From positions 310,372,001 through 310,436,000 of the forward strand of contig OZ024740.1 of NCBI GenBank assembly GCA_964016885.1: 64,000 nucleotides of DNA, in the 5' to 3' direction. This stretch comes from Eledone cirrhosa. Lineage: Eukaryota. Position 1 is the first letter of the stretch, and each line of letters starts with the position of its first letter. A model generated the notes under the pieces. The model made no database searches. It worked only from the letters and a program-made list of their open reading frames with translations, and had not been told where the DNA came from. Below, piece after piece: positions 53,905-64,000 of this stretch. The position numbers were made by a program, and so were the translations under genes.

Positions 53905-56370
53905 TTCCTTGAATCTCAGTCATTAATGTTGGTTAACTGGAAAGTCCGTTGGATTGAATATCAAGCCACTACCTGCAGCCTCAGATATTCAGGACGTATC
54001 GGAGGGTTCTTGCTGTTCCAGAGCAAGCATGCCTTTTGAAGCGTTCCAAAAAGCGTGAAGGGGCCGATTTTCTTTAACCATCCCTGGAAACCTTTGGAGA
54101 TAGTCCCCAGTGCGCCTATGACAATCGGGATCACTTTGACTTCATGGCAGTTCCAAATCCTTTTCACCTCCCACTTTAGGTCCTGGTATCGGTTAATTTT
54201 CTCCCTCTCCTTCTCTTGCACTCTCGTGTCGAACGGGCAGGCCACATCCACAATCAGGCACGATCTTTTTTCTTTGTCCACAACCACCAGGTCAGGTCTA
54301 TTGTGTTCCAGTTTTTTGTCCGTCTGTATCCTAAAATCCCACAGCACCTTCACCTGACTGTTCTCCATCACCGCCTCTGACCTATGCTCATACCATTTCT
54401 CAGAATGTGGTAGATTGTTTACTTTGCACAGGTGCCAGTGGATCACCCTGCCCATCACATCGTGTCTCCAGCCCTTATAGTGGGTCTGGGCTAGGTGTTT
54501 ACACTCGGACACAATGTGAGCCACAGTCTCCTCTCTCTCTCCACAGATCCTGCACAGTGGGCTAGCCTCCTCCTTGTAGATATGGTGCTTCAACCACTTC
54601 GTTTTGAGGGCCTGCTCCTGCGCAGCCATTAGCATTCCTTCTGTAGCCTTTTTGAGGTCTCCTCTTCTCAACCAGTTCCATGTCTGTGGATCTCTAAATT
54701 CAGTTTTCTCAAAGAAGGTACTATGAAGGGATTTTCCCTTAAGGCTGCTCTTCCTCCTTGATGTTATTTCCTCCTTGGACATCCCCTGGCCTACTGTCCC
54801 CTCCTTCAGTACAGTTCTGAGCATTGGCTCCTTACTATAGGTCACGTATTTGTATAGGTTGTTTTTCTCCATCTGAACACAGTCCTCTATGCTGATAAGA
54901 CCTCTTCCACCCTCAGATCTCCTTAGGTAGAGTCTATCGACATCACTCCTCTTGTGGAACATGTTGTAGATAGTCAATAGCTTCCTAGTCTTCCTATCCA
55001 TTTCTTTTTGTTCAGCAACATTCCATCTCAGAATTCCCGCACTGTACCTAATAATAGACACAGCTCGGGAATTTACTGCGCTTATGGCATTTCTGCTGTT
55101 CAGATGTGACTTCAATACGCTCCTTACTCTCCGAATGTATTCAGTTCTTAACAATTCCTTCATTTTTTTGTTCTTTATGCCATCAGCCTCCAGAACGCCC
55201 AAATACTTGTATCCTTCCTCAGAGTCAATTTCCTTTATCATCTCACCTGTTGGTATCTGGATCCCGTTACTTCTGCTCAACCTACCCCTCTTCATCACAA
55301 TGACTCCACATTTACCAATACCAAACTGCATACATATATCACTGCTGAAAATACGGACAGTGTCAACAAGCACATCCAACTCCTTCTCACTTTTCCCGAA
55401 GAGCTTAAGATCGTCCATGAAGAGGAGGTGATTGATGGTAAGCTCTCCCCTTCCCAACTTGTATCCTGCTCTCACTTTTCGCAGCATAATGGTCAAGGGC
55501 ATCAGGGCAAGGACAAACAACAGAGGGGACAGGCTATCTCCCTGGAAGATACCTCTCTTGATCTTCACGCTTCCCAAGGATACTCCAGTTGATGTCAACT
55601 CTGTCTCCCAGGACCCCATACTCCTGCCCAGCAACTGTCTGATGTTATCTGCCACCCTGAAGATCTCCAGGCTTTTGGTGATCCAGGAATGAGGCACCAT
55701 GTCAAATGCCTTTCTGTAGTCTATCCATCCCATGGCAAGATCAGTGTGTCTCCTCCTGCAATTCCCCATTACCATCTTATCAATAAGCAACTGGTCCTTT
55801 GTACCACGTGACTTCTTTCGGCATCCTTTCTGTTCGTCCGGTAACAAGTTGTTTGTGTGGAGGTGATGGTAGATTTCCTCAGACACAATGCTCGTCAACA
55901 GTTTCCACATTACGGGCAGACATGTGATAGGTCTATAGTTGGTAACATCATTACCCTTGATTCGGTCTTTCATTATCAGAACTGTGGTACCTTTTGTCAA
56001 CCACTCTGGCACCTCACCCGACTCCAAGCAGTCATTGAACATGGCCGTCAGCTTCGGGTGGAGGGATGTTAAATGTTTAATCCAATACCCCTGCACACCA
56101 TCTGGGCCTGGTGATTTCCAGTTGGTTAGTTTTTTGGCTTGCCCCTTAAGAGTTTCAACTGTGATACTCAAATCAGTCTGTTGTTGTGCCTGCTCACCGA
56201 TCTCCCTCTGTACTGTCTCAATCCACCCTGCCTGGGCATTGTGTCTAACATCCTGCTCCCATATTCCTCTCCAGAATGTTTTAGCTTGTTCCGCCCCAGG
56301 GATCAAGTCGTTGCCTCTTTCTTTCCCCTCAAGCTGTCCAAACAGCATCTTCTGGTTGTTGTCGAACATA
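53905..56370 (-). mobile_element. R4/Dong-type non-LTR retrotransposon (RT plus restriction-like endonuclease), 5'-truncated, about 800 aa open
   Basis: NWKSPGPDG, NYRPITCL, EQKG, DYRKAFD, GIFQGDSLSPLLF, FMDD, GGRGL, CRIC..ETVAHIVSEC, RHD, RPDLVV..D.ACP, EK..RY; one frameshift near the C-terminus; (TAA)n on both sides. Confidence 0.93.
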
Positions 56371-56429
56371 TTATTATTATTATTATTATTATTACTATTA
56401 TTATTACTTTTTTTTTTTTTTTTTTTTTC

Positions 56430-59400
56430 CAATTCAATGATGTTCCAGAACAATATAAAAGAGATAATTGGCAATTTAGGTTCTGGAACAAAAAAGATCA
56501 TTGGCAATAAGGGCATGGGCCCCACGTTATCACAGCCTGGGCCCGTTCGTCATCGTGCCATTATAATAGAGCCAAACAAGGCATTTAGTCTTGGCTGCTG
56601 GAACGTACGGACGCTGCTTGACAGGGATTCCTTGGGGCGTCCTGAACGAAGGACCGCTCTTGTTGCAAAGGAGCTTCGACGTTACGATCTTGACATCGTG
56701 GCTTTATCTGAGACGAGGCTAGCTGGAGATGGTCATCTTACGGAATTTTGTGGAGAATATACATTCTTCTGGAAAGGAAGAGATGAAGGAACCAGAAGAG
56801 AGGCTGGGGTAGGATTTGCTGTTAAGACTGTGGTTGTGAACAAATTAGAAGAATTCCCAGTAGGGATTAGCGAGCGTCTTATGTCCATGAGAGTTCCGCT
56901 GGACAAGGGAAGATATGCTACCCTGGTGAGTGTGTATGCTCCAACTATGAGTTCTGTCGATGAGGAAAAGATGTCCTTTTACCATTCCTTGAAAGGTGTT
57001 TTAAGAAATATCCCTCAGGCAGACAAAGTCATCGTCGTGCTTGGTGACTTTAATGCTAGAGTGGGTAGAGATTTTAACACATGGAATGTAATCGGAAGGC
57101 ATGGAGTGGGAGGGTGTAACAGAAATGGTATGCTCCTGCTGCAGATGTGTGAGGAGCTGGATCTGTGTGTTACCAACACCATGTTCCAACAAAAGAACAA
57201 ATTCAAGACCACATGGATGCATCCTGCATCTAAGGAATCGCATCTTTTGGACTACGTCCTAGTCAGGATGCGTGACAGTCAGGATGTGCAGTGTGTTCGT
57301 GTTCTTCGTGGAGCTGAGTGCTGGACGGACCACCGCCTGGTACGCGCAAAAGTGAAACTGATCACTAAACGTAAAATTCGGGCTCGTAGTGTTGCCCTGC
57401 CCAAAAGATTGAATGCTGCTCGTCTTAAGGATAAAAATGTGAAGAGGACATTGGCAGAAGAGATGCAGGCTGCAGATCTTGGTGAGGATTGGCCGACCCT
57501 TAAAAAGTCGGTTTATGATGTAGGCAGGCGTGTTCTGGGATTGGCGCAGAGGAAACATCAGGACTGGTTTGATGAGAATGATGTACATATAGAAGACTTG
57601 TTGGCGGATAAGAGGCGTGCTCTGTCACGCTACTTGACGGCAAAACCACAGGAGAGGAATACGTTGCATGAGGAACTCAGGGATGTAAAATCACGTGTTA
57701 GGCGGAGTCTTTCTCAGATGAAGGATCAGTAGTGGAGTGAGAAGGCTGGTGAGATACAAACTGCGTCTGATTCCAATAACACAAAGCTGTTGTACAGTCT
57801 CTTGCGTGAGGTTTATGGGCCGTCTTCTTCTCTGGTGACACCGCTTCGCAGCAAGGATGGCAAAGAACTTCTTCGTGACTCACAAGGAATTCTACGAAGG
57901 TGGCGAGAGCACTTTGATGATCTTTTGAATCAGCCCTCTGTCGTCAGTGAAGATTTCCTCAATCTCGTTCCAGAAAGTCCTGTGAAAGTAGCTCTCGCAG
58001 AACCTCCGACGCTTGTGGAAGTTGCAGTGGCTATTTCGAAGCTGAACTGTGGAAGATCTTCGGGTATGGATGGCATACATGCTGAGCTCCTACAATATGC
58101 TGGTGAGAGACTCCTGCAACATCTTCACTCTTTGTTTGGCAGGATATGGGCTAATGAATCATCCGTACCTGAGGACTGGAGAGATGCAGTAATGGTGGTC
58201 TTGTACAAGGGAAAGGTTAACAGGAACGATTGTGGGAACTACAGAGGTATATCATTGCTTTCTGTCGTAGGGAAAGTTTTATGTAGGGTGCTTCTGGACC
58301 GTCTGCTGACACACATTGCAGATTGTGTTCTTCCTGAAAGTCAATCTGGTTTTCGTGCTGGACGCGGCACTACTGATATGATCTTCTCAGCTAGACAGCT
58401 TCAGGAGAAGTGCATGGAACAAGGCTTGGATCTGTATCAGGTTTTTGTCGATCTGACAAAAGCTTTCGATACTGTTAACAGAGATGTATTATTGAAAGTT
58501 CTCCAGAAACTTGGTTGCCCTGATAAGTTCCTTGCTTTAGTTAGGTCTTTCCATGACAACATGAAGGCTTGGGTTAATGTCGGGGGTAACATGTCGGAGC
58601 CTATCTCAGTAAAAAATGGAGTGAAGCAGGGGGATATTACAGCACTGACCCTGTTTGCCATATACTTTGCAATGGTTTTCTGTATTGCATTCAGGAATTG
58701 CGAGCATGGTATTTACATCCGATATCGAACCTCAGGCAGCATATTTAACATCAGGCGCTTTGCTGCGAAGACAAAAGTGTTTACATCAATCATAAGAGAC
58801 CTCTTGTATGCAGATGATTGCGATCTTGTAGCGCACACAGAGAGTGATATGCAGCACATTTTGAATGCATTTTCTGACGCTTGCACTGCCCTAGGTCTGA
58901 CTGTCAGTCTCAAGAAAACCGTCGTCATGTACCAACCCGCCCCTGGTAAGCAGTACACTGAACCAAACATCTATGTGTATGGCAAACGACTTGGAGTGGT
59001 TGATCAGTTTGTCTACCTGGGAAGCACTATCAATCGATACAGCAACCTTGACAGTGAAATCTCACTTAGGATTAGGAAAGCAAGTGATGCTTTCGGAAAG
59101 CTAGAAAGGCGACTCTGGGGTCGGCGAGACATATGCAGGAGGACAAAGGTAAAGGTGTACAGGGCATGTGTGCTCTCTTGTCTTCTTTATGCCTACGAGA
59201 CCTGGGTCAAAAATCGACACCACCTTAAGCAATTGGAGCGTTTCCATCAGATGTGTCTCAGACGGATCCATGGCGTTCACTGGAGGGACCACATCAGTGA
59301 TGTCGAGATTTTGGAAAGCTCTATGTGTGACAGTATAGAAGCTCTTGTGCTTAAGCAACGAGTCCGTTGGAGTGGTCACCTTGCCAAGGATGAAGGATTC

Positions 59401-59989
59401 TAGAATACCAAAACAAATCTTTTATGGAGAGTTGGTTAAAGGAAAACGACCGCCACATAAACCAAAAAAGAGGTATAAGGATTCCCTGAAAGCCTCTCTG
59501 AAAGATGCTAACATCTCTGCTGATACATGGGAGAATATTGCTGCTGATCGTAATAAATGGAGAAAGACTGTATATGAGGGAAAAGTTGCCTTTGAGGCAT
59601 CTCGAATCGTATACGAGAAAGTAAATCGGGATGTGAGGAAGGGCATTGCTGTTGCACTTCCAGACGGCGAGGGTCCTCCTATGGTGCTGACATGCAGCGT
59701 ATGTGCGAGACTCTGCCTAAGCAAAGCTGGACTCGAAAGTCATCTTCGCAGTCATAAAGAAAGACCAGTGGTTGACTACCAGGCTGCTGTTGGAGATGCT
59801 ACTCATCATGCTTGCCAAACATGTGGTAGAGAATGTAAATCAGCAGGAGGGCTCAAGCGACATGCAAAAGTACACGAACTCCAACCACAGCCGACTATTC
59901 CCAGTGAATGTTTTGGTTGCCGACTCTGTGCAAGACATTTTAGATCATTGGCTGGACTAAAAAGCCACATTCAATCGCAGCGCTGTTAG
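56430..59989 (+). mobile_element. Near full-length RTE-clade LINE (APE, RT, three C2H2 fingers); stop at about 57730 and frameshift at about 59390
   Basis: WNVRTL, SETR, YAPT, GDFNARVG, LDYV, TDH; NYRGISLLS, ESQSGFR, DLTKAFD, GVKQG, YADD; CxxC..HxxxH fingers. Confidence 0.95.
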
Positions 59990-60178
59990 TTGCTATCGTG
60001 TGTGTGTGTGTAGATATGCTTATGTGTGTGCGTGTGTGTGTATATATATATATATGTATGTGTATATTATTATTGTTGTTGTCGTTATTATTATTGTTGT
60101 TATTATTATTATTATTATTATTGTTATTAATATATGTGTGTGTATATGTGTGTGTGTATATGTGTGTATATGTGTATG

Positions 60179-60263
<85 letters not shown>

Positions 60264-60367
60264 CTTTTTTTTTTTTAATTATTCATTATTATTATTTTTT
60301 TTCCCTCGTGCAATGGCCATACTCGATAACGAGGGGGCAGCCATCATGTATATACATATATATATAC

Positions 60368-60494
<127 letters not shown>

Positions 60495-60540
60495 TGCACG
60501 TATGGGAACCCAAGAAAGTGGTATATATATATATATATAT

Positions 60541-60593
60541 GAGATTCTACAGGGCTAGAACTGTTTCATTCTTTAGAAATCATCAGGAATCTC
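60541..60593 (-). ncRNA. Type I hammerhead (family Q)
   Basis: GAGATTC-CTGATGA-tTTCT aa AGAAt-GAAA-CAG ttctagcc CTG-TA-GAATCTC; perfect 7-bp stem I. Confidence 0.78.
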
Positions 60594-60598
60594 ATTTT

Positions 60599-60671
60599 GG
60601 GGAATTAGCTCAGATGGTAGAGCGCTCGCTTAGCATGCGAGAGGTACCGGGATCGATGCACGGATTCTCCA
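60599..60671 (+). tRNA. tRNA-Ala (AGC), one T-stem mismatch (possible retrocopy or pseudogene)
   Basis: GGGGAAT/ATTCTCC-A acceptor stem with G3:U70, GCTC/GAGC D stem, CTCGC-TTAGCAT-GCGAG anticodon arm, CCGGG/CACGG T stem; no encoded CCA; T5 run about 17 nt downstream. Confidence 0.9.
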
Positions 60672-61699
60672 GTGAGACTGTAGTTCTCTTTTTGTGGTTA
60701 CCTCCGATTCACCCCGGAATAACGTATATATATATATATACATGTGTGTGTGTGTTTATTTATGTGTGATTGTGAATGCATGATTGTATACAGATTTGCG
60801 TATGTGTGTAATGTTTATGTCTTTAATTAAAAATATATTTTTTATTCAAATAATTATAAGATTATTTCTGTTTTCGCTATATCTCAGTGGAATATAAAAA
60901 TATTAAACAGAGAAAAGAAAATTGAAATTGTCTTCAAAATATTCATGTCTTGCATCACTGTCTTGTTGCTGTTGTTCTTGTCTCGTTGACTATTATCGTC
61001 ATCGTTATTACCTTTTTCTTCTTTAGCGTATAATGATCGACGCGTACTTAATTAAAAATATCAATAAGCACAAGTAAATAGAAGTATTAATTGGTTGACT
61101 CTCAGACTAAAATTTCTCAACTTCGTGTATTATCATGTATGTGCTTTTTCCCCAGTATATATTCAATTAGGTTGCTGTATTGTATTTTATTTAATCTTCG
61201 GCTTTCGTCAAATTGCTACTCGTATTCACTGTTCTGGTGACAATAATTACCAGTCATGCTATACGGATTATCCAAATCGTCTGTACTCTTTAGTGTTGTT
61301 ATTTTTGTTGATTTATGCAGTTTGCATCAATGATGACAATTTTCTTTCAAGCATTTCTTTGGATTTTCATGATTTCTGATTGCTGTAGTGTTTCTTTAAC
61401 AAAGCCCTAGTTAACTAATGTCAATATATAATATGTTTAATACAATATATTATAAGAAATACTTTACTGATTCATACGGCCATACGATGAACTGTCAAAT
61501 TTGAATTCTTGTCGAATGATTTTCCTCCATTTACTGTGTTGAAGAAAAGTATCCGTATTATATCTATTTAGTATTTTAGTATTTTTATCATGACAACCTA
61601 GTTCTCAGTGTCAAGCGGAATAATAAAGCTGATCGTTGAACGTGTAAAACGAGATTCAGACTCTCAGAAACCTACTGTATGATTTGTACTATTAGACAG

Positions 61700-61748
61700 A
61701 TATCTGACGAAACAAATTGTCAGAATTGTTTGAAACTCGACGTCATAT
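61700..61748 (+). ncRNA. Solitary hammerhead-like motif
   Basis: ATAT-CTGACGA-AACAA..TTGTTt-GAAA-CTCGACG-TC-ATAT; GUC triplet. Confidence 0.6.
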
Positions 61749-62639
61749 GTACAGTAATCAATGTGATCGAGTATATCTATACCTTACTACAAATGCGGAC
61801 CTGATGCCTATTTTTAAATAGATATTGCTTGCCAGTGAGTCGCTGGTAACACGTATTATATTTCCTAGACATATTCACATCTATGTACTAAAATATTTAT
61901 CATGATCAATATGTTGATTTCCTCTTATTGTATTTGTTTAGCAATTGTAATCTTTTTAAGATTACATTATTATAAGCCAAAATAATTTCATTTCAAATTT
62001 GCTCTTGGATTTCTATTCTAAATTTGGAATTACAAAGGAGCATTTTCGATCTCAAGAAATCGAAACAATTTGAAATCTATTAATGAAATTGTTGCAGTAA
62101 TTTTTATTTAGTTTTCCCTTGTTTTCATTGGCATTTAATGTTTTTATTATTATTTTTATTCTAGTTGGCATTTCAATTTAAATGTTGATTTGATCCCAAA
62201 TAGATATTTATTCATAATATGTTTTTTATAATACAAAAACATATGTATATTTAAAACATTTCCTTGAAATTTAGTATGTGAACTCCGATCTGAGTTTGCC
62301 TCAGAATATCTGATCATCAGCAACATCTAATGGAATTAGATGTGAGCTATTACATTATTTGTGAAAGGAGATATGTATTATTGTAAGTAAAGTGAGGCTG
62401 TAGATTATACCACTTTCCTGAGTTCCGATACGTGCAAACAACAATTCACAAGATGAGTTTCAGCCGGATATCCAAGATGTCACTTCAATTAGTCATATAT
62501 ATATATATATATATGTATATAGATATGTGTGTACAAACAAAATGTCTATATTAGTAGTATAACAAAGTTCGTTCATTATGTTAGTCGATCTGGTCTGTTA
62601 TTTTGTCGTTTCTCCCTTTTCTTATTGTTGTCCTGATTT

Positions 62640-64000
62640 CTTTGATTTTCAATATCAATGCTTACATCATTGATTAGCTTTCAACATATTGGTCTGTCAT
62701 CGATATCATGCCTCCAGCAGTGAGAGAATGTTACCTTTTTTCAAAGTATCTTTGATCGTGTCGTTATACCTCAAGAACGACCATCCTACATATCGAACAC
62801 CTTCCTCAACCTCACCAAAAAGAAGTTTCTTTATAGGTCTACAATCATCCCTACGGACAACATGGCCACCTATTCCTTATGAGGATAGTTTCTATATCGG
62901 GAGTCTTTGCGCGTTTTAGTACCTTATTGTTTGTGACTAAGTGATCCCATTTGATTTTGAGAATGAACCTAATGTGCCGTTGTTGAACGCTTCTTAACTG
63001 TCTTATGTGGTAACGATGGAGAGTCAAAGTCTCACATCCATGCGACAAGAGGAGTTATAAACATTGGTTATAAACTTTAAGTATTGTCTCAGATGTCAGT
63101 CCCTGGATTCAAAGACTCTCACGCTTAGGTGACCTACAGCACAAGAGGAGCTTGAATACATGCACTAAGTTATTCATCTAAATTACAGTCCTTGGGGACA
63201 TAGCTGCCAAGATATTTGAAGCGTTCCACTCTGGCAAATGTTTGACCATCAATGAAAAAATCAACTTGCTCTCCGACATTCAGTTTCGCTCTTCTTAATG
63301 TTTCTTCGAAGCCCCATTTCAATGAAACTGTGATATATGCAGATAACAGCTGCTGTAGAGCAATGGGATCATTGCAGAAAACAACGATGTCATCAAAATA
63401 TTGGGCCTCCCTTGTGAAATCAAGAAGTATCTGTGTCTTTGACTTGAGGCGTACTTTGTTGCTGTGTGAGGAACTGACTTGGTTGAAGGCTATAAAAAGC
63501 AGTACAGCAGCGTAAAGCCAAATAGTATAGGGGCAAGTTTGCAACTGTGCTTCACCCAACTTGTTCAGTTCATAGGGTTCGACAATTCCCCATCTATAAT
63601 AAGCTAACATTCATATTTGAATATAAAGTCCTAATGATGTTAACAAATATTGCTGGACAGCCACGCTGTCTCAGGATTTCGAAGAGTAGTTCTCGATTGA
63701 TGTAGTCAAAAGCCTTAGTGAAGTCTATAAATACGATGTGTAAATTACACTGCTGTTCTCTGCATTTCTCGATAATTTGACGTAAGGTGAAGATACCGTC
63801 TACAGTGCTTCTTCTTTTCCTCCTATATCAAGATTGTGAGTCAGAATAGAATTTTTCAACAAGTCATTGTGGTTTCTGGAGTATAATGACGACAAAGAGT
63901 TTCCCAACCACACTAAGCAATGATAGGCCAGGGTAGTTTTCACAAAGATTACGATCACCTTTCTTTAAAAAAATAGAAATGTTAGCATCAATAACATCCG
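62640..64000 (-). mobile_element. Decayed RTE-like LINE, runs off the window
   Basis: YRGLSLLSVVGKLF, FIDFTKAFD, AQYFDD, FKYLGS, GCET, QRHIRFIL.IKW. Confidence 0.85.

Noticed and set aside
55939-56430. N-terminal extension of the 597-aa ORF as a novel fusion protein
   Set aside because: It is the antisense of the Dong RT plus (TTA)n and poly-T; the real RTE ORF starts near 56440-56520

Overview
AT-rich, microsatellite-dense animal DNA. The SINE family and (TA)n abundance suggest an octopus or other coleoid cephalopod; this is inferred, not verified. I found no convincing host exon, and most ORF-track entries are microsatellite read-throughs. The window is mostly transposons: two Tx1/L1-type LINE copies, several RTE LINEs (one near full length with three C2H2 fingers), an R4/Dong-type RLE LINE inside (TAA)n, Penelope-like RT/GIY-YIG remnants, a decayed Helitron, a Tc1 end, a decayed Gypsy-like element, many tRNA-derived SINEs with TSDs, and one tRNA-Ala(AGC). 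The main hidden signal is 25-30 type I hammerhead ribozyme (HHR) motifs, found by eye, from more than 15 apparently unrelated short non-coding families. Most sit in (TA)n tracts as inverted or tandem repeats (Penelope pseudo-LTR or retrozyme-like). Three families carry a compensatory U3:A8 core, and one element appears to have captured a pre-tRNA.
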